Origin: Octopus vulgaris
Lineage: Eukaryota
NCBI GenBank assembly: GCA_951406725.2
Contig: OX597840.1
Location: 21,762,001-21,826,000, forward strand
Direction of reading: 5' to 3'
Length of the DNA: 64,000 nt
The position numbers and the translations under genes were made by a program. The notes beneath the pieces are model-generated. The model was not told where the DNA came from. It made no database searches and worked only from the letters and a program-made list of their open reading frames with translations. The number at the start of each line of letters is the position of its first letter. The stretch's first letter is position 1. This document shows, piece after piece, positions 12,154-25,624 of the stretch.

Positions 12154-12983
12154 GTTTGTATTGATTTCTTTTGTCTGTCTCACTGTCCGTGTATCAATCT
12201 CTCCATCTGTCTTTGTCACTATCATCTCTCTTTCACTGTCTGTTGTCTAGCTCTCTCTCTGCTTGTGTCTCTGTATCTGTTGCTCTCTCTCATCACTCTA
12301 CCTATCTTTCTCTTTGTCCCTCTCTCTCTCTCTGTGTCCTGGTATTTTACTTTTTCTCTCCATTATCTTCCTTAGATCTTTGTATCTGTATTTCTGTATA
12401 TATTTCTTTCTCTCTTTGACTTTCCTTCTCTCTGTCTCTCTCATGTCATTTTTTTGTTCTTACATTAACACAAAGCTACACAATTATGGGGAGGAAATAT
12501 AGTTGGTTAAAATAACATTACAGTAAACACTGTTTTCTAGAGCCTGGTGAGATGATATATCATGGGTTTCTTTCAGTTTCTGTCTACCAAATCCACTCGC
12601 AAGGCTTTGGTCAGCCTAAAGCTATAGTAGAAGACACTTGCTCCAAGATGCCACACCACAGTGGGACAACTTGGAACCGTGTGGTTGGGAAGCGAACTTC
12701 TTACCACACAGCCAGCCTGACATTGTAGAGTCGGTTTGGAATATTTGGGTTGAATGCCAAACGGTTAAGTTCAGCCATGTATTATGCTCTCATCTGCAGC
12801 TCTTTCTGTCTTCTACAACAGAAAATCCCTTCTATAATGTTAGTTCCTCATCTTCAAGGCTCATCATCAATATATACTGTTGTTTTTCTTCTTCTTTTCT
12901 CTTTTTTGTAGTTTTGTTTTAAGATGTAGAAAGTTGCTGATGACCATTCCTTGATGTTTATTTTCGTTTTTCTATCTTTTCAG

Positions 12984-13033
12984 ATTTCCATGTTCCCTGT
13001 GAATATTTAACCAATATATATATACGAGATAAA
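12984..13033 (+). CDS. CNOT2: CNOT2 coding exon
   Basis: ttcag|ATTTCC...GATAAA|gtgagt. Encodes (D)FHVPCEYLTNIYIRDK. Phase 1-0. Confidence 0.95.
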
Positions 13034-13224
13034 GTGAGTAAAAGCAAATGCAGTCAGCCGTTATTTCGTTTTCTGCTACAGTCTAGAAGCTCCAACTTGA
13101 CGAGTTGAGAAAAAAAATTTTTTTTTTTTTAAATCCCACAATTTTTGGAAGCTTCAGATTTGTGGAAGTTGTCAAAGAAGTCAGCTCCTCTGCACAGTTC
13201 ACTTGTAACATAAATATTAATAGA

Positions 13225-13590
13225 CCACGAGAGTCACTAGTGACTCACTGCATTGTATCCTTAATATACCATAAGAGTCACTGGTGACACACTGCACTGT
13301 ATTCTTGATGCCCTTTAAGAGTCACTGATGACCCCACATCATATTCTTAATGTATCACACGAGTCACCAGTGATTCACTGCCCTGTATTCTTATATCATG
13401 GCAATCACTGGTGGCTCCCTACATTATATTCTTAATATACCATTGGAGTCGCCAGTGACTCTCCACGTATTCTTGGTATATTCTGAGAGTTACTGGTAAC
13501 TAACCACCCCATATTATTCTACCACCAGAATCCTTGTTTACTCTCTCCTCTGGATTCTTTATGTGCCATGTATGTCATCGGTGATGCTTA
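13225..13590. repeat. Diverged ~44-bp minisatellite with palindromic core
   Basis: gagtcactggtgac...gtattcttaatatacc units starting near 13231, 13275, 13319, 13361, 13446 and 13487. Confidence 0.75.
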
Positions 13591-14919
13591 ATGGTCTTAT
13601 TACGGAACCTTACACTACTTCAAACTGCATTATTTGAATTTTGGGAAATGTACAAAATCTTTTTGTTGTGTTTTGTATTGAGTGTTTTTCAATTTGAAAC
13701 AATATAAGCTGAAGCAGGACCGGGTGAAATAATGTCTTTGATAAGTGAAGCAGTGTTGTTATTTATGCTTTATTCTCATACATTTGTAATGTATCCCTGG
13801 GATATAATTTCAATAAAATTAGGAATATAAAAACTATCCATTGGAGGAGTGGATAAGTTGATTATATCGACCCCAGTGTTCAACTGGTATTTTATTGAAC
13901 CCCAAAAGACAAAGTCAACCCTGGTGGCATTTGAACTCAGAACATAGAGTTGGAAGAAACGCCATGAAGTATATTTTTCCGGTGTGGTAACAATTCGGCC
14001 AACTTGCTTTCTTTCGCCTCCTGAATGACATTGTTTGGCCAACATACATCGTTACTCTTGTAGGCACGGGCTTAGCTGTGTGGTTAACAAGCTTGCTACC
14101 CAACCAAGTGGGTTCAGGTTCAGTCCCATAATAGCAGTCTTCCACTACAGCCCCGAACCAACCTTGTGCGCAAATCTGGGGGGACAGAAACTGAAAGAAG
14201 CCCATTATCATCATCATATAACATATAACTGTTTTCCATGATGGCATGGGCTGGATGGTTTGACAGAGAACTGCATCAGGCCTCACTGTCTGTTTTGGCA
14301 TGGTTTTTGTGGTTAGATGCCCTTCCTAGCGTCAACCACCTTACGGAGTGGACTAAGTACTTTTTATGTGACACCAGCACCGGTGAGGTCTGTTTTGGCA
14401 GGGTCTTCACAGCTGGATGCCCTTTCTAATGCCAGTCACCTTACACACAAGTTCTGGTGCCATGTCAAAAGCACCCTTGGACATCATGTGATGGTTGTAC
14501 ATGGGTGTCATCGTCATACAAGCAGTGTTCCTTTTCAGTCTTCTGTGTAAAACGTGCGCAGCCATGTGAAATATTTCCTTGCCCAGAAGCAGGTCACATG
14601 AAGGGCATCAGCTGTAGAAAACTGGCCTTGACCGATTTCATCCAACAATGGTGATGCTGACCCATTCTCTCCAAACTATCATGCAGCACATCCATCATCA
14701 ACATGTAGCAGTAACATGTATTTAGAAGCCAACAAAGGAGCCTCCATGCAGTTGTTTTAACTTGCTAGGAATAGCAATCAACTCTCCTCCAAATTTCCTG
14801 TTACTGTCTTAGAAAATGAAGGACACATTGAATAATGTATTCTTTGATCTACAAAAGGAAGGATGCTCATGGTTGGATTCCTCTGACCAGGCTTGAAGCT
14901 GAAATACAGCTATAGTTAG

Positions 14920-15210
14920 CCTTACATGTATACTATATTGCATTCCTTCTGTAGTCTACCCTTAACATGTAGCATTCCCAGTGCACTCAACCCTTATGTA
15001 GCATTCCTACATATTATCTACCCTTTATATGTAGTATTCCCTTGTGACGTTATCAGCGCAGCTAACCTTTCTCATGTAGCATCAGTATTCTAGTGAACTC
15101 CTTCCATGTAATACCCCACCACCACTGTAGGCTACCCTTTATCAATAACATTCCCAGCTCTTCTCATGTAGCATCTCCACTGCAGTTATTTCATTTTCAT
15201 GTAGTATACT
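14920..15210. repeat. Degenerate ~30-bp tandem repeat
   Basis: Recurring catgtagcattcc and ctaccctt motifs. Confidence 0.55.
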
Positions 15211-15433
15211 GCTATAGCTGATTTTTGTATTGGAAGGAGATTTTGATATTGTAGCTTTTTCACAAATTACACACCCACCCACCTTAACATAATTCATGCA
15301 CACACACACACACACACACACGTTTGTACTTGTGTTGATTGTTTTTGAATGTAAACTAACTTTCACCGGGTCTGTGAGCATGATCCTAGCTATCATGCCT
15401 CTAATGAAGCTTCCTTTCCATGCATTTTTGCAG

Positions 15434-15534
15434 TTATCCCAAGTAAAGCTCAGCCGATACGGTGAAGATCTGCTTTTTTTCCTTTTCTACATGAACGGTG
15501 GCGATGAGATGCAGTTAAAGGCTGCTGCTGAATT
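15434..15534 (+). CDS. CNOT2: CNOT2 coding exon (NOT box, N-terminal part)
   Basis: tgcag|TTATCC...GAATT|gtgagt. Encodes LSQVKLSRYGEDLLFFLFYMNGGDEMQLKAAAE(L). Phase 0-2. Confidence 0.96.
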
Positions 15535-15693
15535 GTGAGTTATCAGACCATTCTTTAAAAAGAATTCTGGTTTCATTTGTCGATGTTGTGGGATCAAATA
15601 CAATAATAGGTGGTCAGGGGCCATAGTGGCATTGAAGAAGAATACAAGACGTGAAATAACTTGACCCTTTAGCATTCATATTATTCTGTTAAA

Positions 15694-15851
15694 CGTTGTT
15701 GGCATCCTTTTTGTCTCGGGAGACAATGGAGTTGCGCATAAAATAGTCCAGTCCGGCTTTTACATTTCATGTCCTGATACATTTCCTGCTGTGGCTGTGT
15801 AGTCCTATCCTGGACAAACACTCCCTCTGGCAGGTACCGCAAATGTAGCGA
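15694..15851 (-). mobile_element. 3' fragment of an RTE-clade LINE with 30-bp target duplication
   Basis: Minus strand encodes RYICGTCQRECLSRIGLHSHSRKCIRT* (RTE C-terminal CxxC...SRIGLxSH motif), then a short UTR and caacaac tail. Flanked by perfect direct repeats 15664-15693 and 15852-15881. Confidence 0.8.
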
Positions 15852-16058
15852 ACCCTTTAGCATTCATATTATTCTGTTAAATGTATTGCTTATTTATTCA
15901 CAAACTGTATTGAATGGATCATTTATTTTCTTAGAGCTTCAAGATTTTGATGATGTGATTTATTTCTTTAATGACATTGTAGGGTAAGTGTGAGGCCAGA
16001 TCTGGTCAGTTTAAACATTGAACATTTTGAATATTTTGGTTGCATATGGCCAGTTTAA

Positions 16059-17117
16059 CCCTTTCGTTACCAAACCGCCCGAAACCACCCGAAAAAAAAT
16101 TTTGGTTAATGTGACCAAGCCGCCCAAAACCGCCCGAATTTACCTATTCATATTTAAATGAGAATATCAGAGCAAATCTCTTTAGTACATTCGTGAAAAC
16201 ACGTATTATACTTCGTAAACAGTTCAACTACAGTTTTGTACAAAAATCGAAGTGTAATTTTAATTCCGTGAATTTTGGGAGATTTTTTTCCGAAATTTGT
16301 TCCTATTGTGTTTTCAAAATTTGTAATTCTGACAAAAAATGGATACGAATTTCATTATATCAAGCAACGAGTCAGAATTCGAAGGATTTTCTACTGAAGA
16401 CCTTCATAAATCTAACTCTATGACTGAAAAAAAAAAGCATGTGGTATTTGATAATGAATCTGATGTTTCGTTTTCCGAAAGTGAAAACAGTGAATCCGAG
16501 AGCTCCAACAGCGATAAAGAAAATGGAGTGAAAATTTAAAAACTGTTTCTTTCGGTGATTTTTCCGAAGAAACTGGACCAAGCCACAGACTTTCCCAAGA
16601 GAGTAAAGCCTTAGACTATTTCTTTTTACTTTTTCGAATGAGCCCATTTGAAATCATTACGGCGAAAACAAACCATTACGCTAAATGTAAACAAAACAAA
16701 AGAAAGTGGTTTCCCACAACCTTAAATGAAATTAAGACTATTTTGCCATAAATATTATGGGTATCAGAAAGTTACCCAGAATAACAAATTCTATCATAAA
16801 ATTTTGTTGTATACCCAATTGAATATTAGCTAATAACCCATTTTCTATAGCGATGTTTGAACAAAATTTTAATAATTTTATATTTTGTTGAATTTACCTG
16901 TATCTACCTGCAATTAGAGTCACTTTGTGACAAAAATTATAGTATAGAATTGGTTGAGAACATTTCATTAAATTATCTTCCAAAATTCACGTTAATATAT
17001 TAATAAATAAAAAAGTTATAGTTGTTTAATGAAACCAGACTAAATTTATGATTACGTTAGAAATTAATTGAAACACATAAGGGGTGTATTTTGGTCAGAA
17101 ATATAGTAACGAAAGGG
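16059..17117 (+). mobile_element. Internally deleted piggyBac-type DNA transposon
   Basis: TTAA|CCCTTTCGTTAC ... GTAACGAAAGGG|TTAA (12-bp TIR, TTAA duplication). Acidic N-terminal ORF 16339-16539 and broken PGBD-like transposase remnants at ~16560-16790. Confidence 0.9.
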
Positions 17118-17573
17118 TTAAACACTAAAAGGGTTAAATATCTCGTTAAGATTTATGAGATTACAGATATCTTTTAACACTGACCATCGTTATCATTTAA
17201 CATCCACTTTTCTTTGCTTGCATGAATCAAACGGAATTCATGGAGGTAGATTTCCTCTAACCGGATGCCCTCCTGTCACCGTCTCTCACCTGTTTCCAGG
17301 CAAAATAATATCTTCTCAAGACCAAACCTGCTTTCCATGGAAGACTGGGAACAAACAGTCTTTGTTTATAATGATGGTGATTGTCATTTACAGGTCCCTC
17401 CAGTCACCGAGACACATCACGAAAAATTAACAAAACCTTTTGAATAAGAAAGGAATCGGTTATATGTTGCCACTAATCCTAATTATTTATTTTGATGTAA
17501 GGAATCCATATTTTTCCTCAAACGCATGCGTTTTGGATGCTAATGTTTTCCTCTTGTCATAAATTCATTCCAG

Positions 17574-17796
17574 ATACAATAGAGATTGGCGGTTTCACAA
17601 AGAAGAAAGGGTGTGGATCACACGAGCTCCAGGGATGGAACCTGTTATGAAAACTCTGAATTATGAGCGAGGAACTTATTTCTATTTTGATGCCACAAAC
17701 TGGCGGAAGGTAGCGAAGGAATTTCATCTAGAGTATGACAAACTCGAAGACAAGCCTCTAACGCACAATTCCAACCAGCATATCATTACACATTAG
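17574..17796 (+). CDS. CNOT2: CNOT2 last coding exon (NOT2/3/5 box C-terminus, stop TAG)
   Basis: ccag|ATACAAT... Encodes YNRDWRFHKEERVWITRAPGMEPVMKTLNYERGTYFYFDATNWRKVAKEFHLEYDKLEDKPLTHNSNQHIITH*. Confidence 0.97.
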
Positions 17797-18801
17797 CAGT
17801 TCTATCTCTTTCTCTCACTCTCTCTCTTTCCTCTTCTCTATGTCTCTTTCTCTCTCTCTCTTTTCTCTCTCACTCTGTGTGACAGGCCTGGTAGTGACTT
17901 TGGCACAACATGCCAACGTTATTGCTGCTTTTCATATCCTCCTGGCGAAAGGCTCTCACCAGGTTAAACATTCACAAATAATTTTTGTGATGTGACTTGC
18001 CTGAAGGAGCAGCAGGCAATGCAAACACCCCCCGAGAGACAGACCAGCTCTCGGCCGTTTCTTTTATAAACCAAATATTAAAAAAAAAAAAAAAGATTTC
18101 AGCAAAATCTAGACGGTTGCTATTTCAGCAGCCATTACATCTTGTGACACTTTTTTTTTTCTTTCTTTCTCTCTGCATTTTTCTCCTGTTTCCATCTACC
18201 CTCAGAGATCTGCCTGGGTATTTTCTCAGTTGATATCTACCCTTAAGAGTTCTGCCTGGGTATTTTGTTGTTGATAGCCATTCTCAGAGTATATTTTCTC
18301 TAATTTCCTCCCTCTCTAAGGGTAGATATTAGTGACTATACCCTTGTAGATAATATCTTCTCTCTGCCTGCCAAATCCAATCTGAGAGTATATTTTCTCC
18401 ATCAGGAGTTCTGTGAGTTTACTCCTGTTTGGACCAGTCCATTTCAAACCAGAACTCTGAGAGGGCAAAACAATCACAGGTCTAGGATATTCAGTTGTAA
18501 AACACCCCTCCACCACTTTATTTATGGTTTAAAAAAAAAAAAAACGAAATTTGTCAGCTTTATATTCATGTGATATTTCTGTTAATTCCATCTCACCCCT
18601 CACCCACATTCCAAATAAGGTTCAGTGAAGCAATACTGCAAGTCTTCCAGCAATTGGAGTGTTAACTGTGTAGTTTCCAGGTGTGTATGTGTGTGTATAT
18701 ATATATATATGTGTATATATATATATATATAAATAAAAGATCTGTGTATTCATGCATGTGTGTGTGTGATACATGCATGTATGAATACATATGTATATAT
18801 C

Positions 18802-18833
<32 letters not shown>

Positions 18834-21800
18834 GGCATGTGTGTATGTGTACATATGTTTATGCATGCATGTGTGAGTGAGGCAGTGTTGTGATAAAATG
18901 TTTCAACTATGTACTCTTTAGATATAAGCACTTGTGCCTGAAAAAAATTCCTAGCAAATCTAACTTCCGGAAACCTCAAAACAAGAATTTCCATCAATAT
19001 TAATAGCAACATATACAGAAATATTGACAATTTTTGGTGACCAAAAGAAAATTGAAACAAACCTGCTATTTGTTGCATATATATATATATACCACACACA
19101 CACACACACACACATCTTAAACACCAAGACAAATCATTCAGAACGCATACACATGAAGACATATGCACATACACTACACAAAGTGAAAACAAAAAAGTGC
19201 ATGTAGACAGGAAAAGTATTTAACACACACACAACAACACATACAAAGAAACACTCACAAGCGATTGATATTGGGAAAAGGCTTACATGTCCAAAGGCAC
19301 ACATAAACATACACTAATACACAGACATACATGCACAGAAAAAAACCATACTTGCACACTAATTCACGTGGGTTTTCGTAAAAGTAAATGCATGAATTTA
19401 CTGAAGGAAGTTTGCTTAAAATTTATTTGATAGTCGAAATGAATGTTGTTTGTTTTCATTATTTCTCATTGTCCCTCGAAAATTTCTCTCTCTCCTTGGC
19501 TCGCTCTTGCAGCCGCTTGCTTTCAAAGCCTCCTTTCTCTCAACATTTAGACATTAATATATGTATAAAATAAACATATACTGTGAGTGTGTGTGTGTAC
19601 CTATGTATATATACATACTTAACTGTGTGTGGTGTGTGTACATGCAGAGAAATGAGACGGGGAGCGTGCGTTGTGTATATATGTATATAATATGGACATA
19701 TATATATTTATACACATATATGTACATGTGTATATCAGTGTGACTGGGGCATGACTGTGTGTGTGTATATACTGAGAGAGTAGTGGATGAAATATGCACA
19801 TATATGTTTATATTATGTATATATTGTGTGTACACACGTCTATGTAGAGACGGGAAGAGAGAGTGTATATGTAAATGTTTATATAAGCAAATATTGTAGT
19901 GTGTAATGTATATACACACACACACAAATACATGTACATTTGTTTATATTTTTTGTGTATTTTACATATATTGTATATATGTACACACTCACACATATAC
20001 ATATCAAGACATGCCCATGCATGAGTGTGTATAATCTACATGTGAGTGTGTGGAACACATACATTTGCGTATGTATGGATGTGTATAGGTGTGCGCGTAC
20101 ATGCATGAATGTGTGTGTGTGTGTGTGTGTGGTTTAAGTCTTAAATGTTTAATTATTAACCACTTCCACACTTGTTTTCTCTCTCCCACTTCTCCTCCCC
20201 GTTTCCATGGTAATTGTTTGTTGCTCTCTTAGTGACCCTCCCCCCCTGCCTTTTCTGTTTCCCCCCTTCCTTCCTCTATTTATCTACTAAATTCCTTGTC
20301 TTTCATTGTTGGATTACGAACACCAAAAGGACTTTCCCTTCCCCCCCCCCCACTCACTCTAGCCTCAGCCTAGATGGTTATCTTGCCATAGTGTGGACAC
20401 TGTTCCCCCCCCCTTTATGACCCCTTTTTCTCCCCCTCCTCCTTCCCCTCCTGCCCACCCACACTGTGATAGTGTTAAAAAGAAAGAAAGAAAAAAAGAA
20501 ATGAAGCAAAAACAAAAAACAACAGCAACACCAAAAGACAAATATAAACAAACAAACAAAAATAAATAAACGGCTCCTTTGCTGGTTTAATTTAATCCTT
20601 TGTTGGTTGGTCTAAAAAACATGTAAAGCTGTAGAAGAGACCCAGGAGGTTAGTCTGTCTCCATCCATCACAACAACAACAATAACAACACCACCACCAC
20701 CACCGCCACCACTACCATCAGTTTGTATCTGGTTAAAGAACCTGATGCATTTGTCTCCAGGGGAGACCTGCATGTACATAAAATAAAGAAAAGAAGAAAA
20801 AAAATAAGATCATAATTTTGATCTTCTTGCAAATATCTAAATTGGTATTTTTGTTTTTGTTGTGTCTTTCCTGACCCTGTTTCACCATTTCTTGACCCTG
20901 TTTCATTTGAAATACTCTGCTTTTTGTCTTAATTATTTTGTAGTTAACAAAGTATTTAGCAAAATGCCTGTTGCCGTGGAGATCCTGTCTGAAACATAAA
21001 CCTGAAATTTTGATGGAAAGTTTAGAGTAAGATGCTTTTAATTCTTTAGCATTTAGATAAATCAGTCGAATGTAATGCGTATTTATTCATATTGTTTTGA
21101 ATTAATCCTCCATTATCTCGTAGCTTTGAGATTTCTATGATGGGGGATGGTTTATTGACATAATAGGGTTTGTTTGAGGCTGACTCTGGCCATTTTGAGC
21201 TCAGAACCGAATATTTCGGCTGGACGTGGCCGATTCAGATGAATGTTCAATGTGATGCTTATTTACTCACATTGTTTTGAATGAGTCCTGCAGTTTCTCT
21301 TAGCTTTGAGATTTCAGTGTGATTGTTTATTTTTAGAATGACATTGTAGGGTAGGTGTGAGAGGTTGGATCTGGTTGGTTTGAGAATAAAACAATATTTT
21401 GGCTGGGTATGACCAGTTTTAAATGCCAAAGGGTCAAACCAAACATTTGGCATCAGAGTACCAGGAGGTGGTCGTAGGAGGGTTAAGTGATGTTATGGCA
21501 TGTGTTTTCTCCACTCAGTGTTGACATGGTTATTATTGGGGTAACATGGATGGATATTGAGGTAGACAGTGGAACAGTCAGTAGTTGACATCTTGGCACT
21601 GTTTTGTCTGTTCATCTTTGCTTATCACAGGTGTTTGGTTCCCAGAACATTGTGATAAAGGCATAATAGAACAAATGGGGGAAGAACAGATTTCATTTTG
21701 AGACCCCAAGTTGTCCTGAGCATTGTCGATGTTTGCTGGAGCAATCTTTTTGCCCTTCAAGCAGAATCTTTGATTCCTCATCAACTGGTGTTATCATCAT

Positions 21801-22832
21801 AGATCAATTTATGGGAAGTGTCACCTGGTTCACAAACATAACGCATTCTCCTGGAAGAGATGTGTATTACTTGAGTATTAAGGGGGTTGTTCAATGCACA
21901 CTAAATTGCTGTAGCATGGCTGCAGTTAAAAAAGAAAACTGAAACAAGCTACATAGGTGGGTGACCTTATTTAAAACAGTTTGATTCGAGTCCCTGTAAC
22001 TTAGTTTCGTAGGCTTAAGTACCCGGCTGCAAAAAGTACTGGGGTCGATTTGTTTGACTAAAATCCTTTAAGGTAGTGCTCCAGCATGGCCACGACCTTA
22101 TGATTGAAACAAGAAAACATACATATTGCATCCAAATATACTTACGAGGAGGCTCTGGTTAGCTCGGAACTGTTGAGGCAGACACTAGCCCCAAGGTGCC
22201 ATGCAGTGGGACTGAACCTGCAACCATGTGGTAGGGAAGCAAACTTAACCACACATTTACCTAAGAAATAGGGTTAAAAAAAACTCACAGAAAAACTATA
22301 TATAGAAAATAAAATTTTATTTTCCAAAATGAGTAAAGAAAGATTTCCTCCATGTTAGGAGGGGGGGAAACAAACATTACCATCGATTTTTTTTTTCTTT
22401 TAAATATTTGCGATGCGAGCAGGGGGGATACCATAAAATGCAAAAAATTTGAGATGCAGAGGAAAATTTAAATATTTCATTTTTATCGAGGCACAAAGAC
22501 AAAGTTACCTTACAGAATTTTTGTTCTTTAAAGGACTTTCATTGTTCATAACAAAGAAGGGTGGGGGACCGATGGGAGGGGGTGACGTGTGGGTCTTTAT
22601 TAAGGCTGATTCTTTTTTTTGTGTGCGAGGGATGTGAATTTGTGAATTACTTGTGTGGCTGACGACCAACACAGGCGTGATTAAAGCCTTTGATAACAGA
22701 CGGTCATGGAAAAGACATTTCAAAAATAAATTTAGAACTGTAAGGATTTAAGTTTAAAAAAAAAAAAATTGAAGTTCTTTCAATGATTTGAAAATATTTA
22801 CATCTGAACATTTACTCAAAGAAACATAATAT

Positions 22833-22865
<33 letters not shown>

Positions 22866-24701
22866 TTACGCATCCGAGGAAGTAAGCAAGGGAAAGTAGC
22901 ATTCAACACATTCGGTAGATGTTACGTTTTTCATAACAATGGTTTTGCTCAGCTCCACATGACTTAACAGTTTAGCATTCAGCTTGTGCTTAGTTATTTC
23001 AACCAGCCAGATCTGGCCTTTCACACGTCCCCTACAATGTTCTTAACCACATCATCAAAATCTGAGATCAATAAGATGATGATGGATAATTTAAGACAAT
23101 GTGAGTAAATAAGCATTACATTGGATAGAATAAATCTCAATGGTAAAAGGTTAGAAAAGGTTTTGAATTAATCCTGGATTATCTCATAGCTTTGAGATTT
23201 CAATAGTGTGATTAACTTTTTAGAATGGCATTGTAGGATAAATGGGAGAGGCCAGTTATGAAAGCAGGAGGACTATTTTGGCTGATTGAAATGCTAAAGT
23301 TTTCTGGATGCATATGGCATATCAATTTCAACAGATGCTGGGAGCCTTTTGCGTCATGGAACTAAATCAAACTGTTATTAAAAATACACAGTTTTTTTTT
23401 TTTGAATCCTGATTGTTAATTAATGAAACATTATTATACAAGCAACTAACAATGATGAGAGAATGAGTTGATCAACATGAATGTCTTCAGGTAAACTTAC
23501 AGGTGACAAGGAAGGTTGAATTTCAGTGTCACCAAACCTGATTGAGGTGCTATCAGGACACCTTGTCTCTGAGCACTTCCAACTCTGCTCTAATAACCAA
23601 TCTCTCCAATTGGAACCGTCTTTGATTACATCAACTTTTTCAATCAGTTGGAGTTTGTGATTGGTATTAAAAAAAAACAGAAATTGTTGGTTTTGGAGAA
23701 GAAAAACATTTTACATGATTATTACTTCCCCAGTTTTGTTTTAGATTGAGAGATGACCCAGGTAAACCCATTCAGCCAAGACAAAATTTACTTCTCATAT
23801 CACCTAACAACATAACTCTAACAAATTCCTTTTCTTTTTTTTTTAATTCTTTTGTCAGTAAGTGTTATTTCTTATTTGCTTCGATTTAGAAATCAAAGGA
23901 AAAGATTACTATTTCCTTCAGACTTTGCTTGTTTTGACCTGGCCATCAATGTTTTGAAACTGACCAATTCTCCATTACATTTCACACAGATTCAGTACCG
24001 AGTGGCTGAAGCAGAAATATCGTTATAGCAAATGTTCTGCTCAATGCCACAGATTTGCTGAGCAGGAGTAGTGGGGGAGCATCATAGCCATGTGTTAAGA
24101 GAGAAATTCTTTGGGGTTTGAATAAATGTAACAAAAGCAAAGTTTTAAGGAGTTTAGCCATTTTTCATACTTTCTAAGGGTCAGCACATAAGAAATAACA
24201 GTTGCTACTGAAGGACAAGAATCATGTTACACAGTGTTGTCAAGTGTTATGTGTGTGTGTATTGGGGAACAGGTGTGGAATGTGATAGGTAGACATGTTA
24301 TCAAAAGTGTGTATCGCAGGGGTTAATTGGGGTTTTGTATTTGGCAGACGACACCTTCACTAAAACCATTTGGCATGACTGAGTGAAAAATACATGACAG
24401 GAATTTTAACAGAAGAGAAATCCACATGGCTGCAATCTGCTGCAGACATTTTAACAAATCCTGTTTTGATTGTCAAAACTCACTTCCAAGCCAAGATCTT
24501 CATGTTGAGACGGGGCTAAAAGCTGTTTGTGTGAATTCCCTTAATGATAGCATCTAAATTATGAGTTAATTAGTCACGATCACTTTTATCAGATATTCAA
24601 TCTTAGCTTCATACCTCAAGATTTCATAAGTTCTTGTTGTTAGTCATGTCTTTGGCTGCAGTAGGACCCTTTTTTTTTTTTTCTTTCTTGACAATTTCTA
24701 C

Positions 24702-24914
24702 TCACTGAGGTTTCTTCTTCGCTTTGATAGCCTTGATTTTATTCCTAACGATGTTCAAGTGCTGAAGAATATAAGACTCTGAGGGTGCCAAGCGATGGGC
24801 GTGTTGCAGGCACTTCTCTGCTTTCAGGATGTCTCCTCGTTCCACGTAGACCACACACAGATTGTGAATGGCTTGAACGTTTCCTGGTTCGTTCATTAAA
24901 ATTGTCAGGAAATT
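24702..24914 (-). CDS. TMTC3: TMTC3 last coding exon (TPR repeats)
   Basis: Minus strand ttcag|AATTTC... Encodes [70 protein letters not shown]; matches recalled TMTC3 HNLCVVY...HLNIVR. Confidence 0.93.
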   Translation of the reverse strand, partial: NFLTILMNEPGNVQAIHNLCVVYVERGDILKAEKCLQHAHRLAPSESYILQHLNIVRNKIKAIKAKKKPQ

Positions 24915-25139
24915 CTGAAGGAGAGACAGACATGATTAATAGAGAAATGTTATTGAGCTGGCAGAATTGTTAGAATTTTAGAGAAATTACTTGGCAGCAT
25001 TATTATTATTTACTATTACGGTGGGGTTCCAACCCAGGCCACAGCAACAAAGTCTTGCACCTGCCACACTTCTCGGCCTATCATTACTGGCTCAAGGTCC
25101 TCCATACATTTCAGACCAGTGTCTGCAACAATGCAACGC

Positions 25140-25596
25140 AACGTCCTCCCCTCAAACGCTTCCAAATGTCCTCGACTGTCCTCTGACAATCCTGATGCAT
25201 AAAAGCTGATGAATTTTCTCCACATCTGCAGTGGTGATGGTCATGGCAGGACTCCCAGGGATGTTCTGCTACTTTTGCAGCACCCGTGCATCTCAAGACA
25301 TTGCGTATGACCCATTGCTTTGTCGCCATAAGCTTGTGGAAGCAATCTCATCGTCTCTCTAGCAGACTTTGCAAGTTTAACACAGATTTCGCATTGGCTC
25401 TTTGTTCCCACCTTCCTGTCCAGGATCAAAATTACAGACCACAGCAAATACACAATCACAAACACACAAATTTTACAACTTGCAACACAGCAATGTCACT
25501 TGGCACACACTGCCTCTCACTCTACACGCAGCCGTGTGCTGCCATCTGCTGGTGCACTATAGAACTAGACGGGGAACTTTTCCCTACCACCTCGTA
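25140..25596 (-). mobile_element. Decayed mariner transposon, 5' part
   Basis: Minus strand starts TA-CGAGGTGGTAGGGAAAAGTTC. Broken frame CVKLAKSARETMRLLPQAYGDKAMGHTQC...KSSRTSL resembles the mariner N-terminal HTH. Confidence 0.75.
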
Positions 25597-25624
25597 ATCA
25601 GATAAACCAGACAATTGAACTTAC

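Larger units (their letters stand above)
15661..17137 (+). mobile_element. TTAA-type MITE hosting the RTE and piggyBac insertions
   Basis: Ends ttgaccctttagcattc ... acactaaaagggttaa. Body 15852-16058 matches the uninterrupted copy at 8541-8757. Confidence 0.75.

Noticed and set aside
16339-16539. Acidic 66-aa ORF as a host gene
   Set aside because: It lies inside the piggyBac TIRs and matches a transposase N-terminal remnant.
25537-25552. CTCF-like motif (CCAGCAGATGGCAGCA on minus)
   Set aside because: It is a single motif inside a decayed mariner element, with no independent support.
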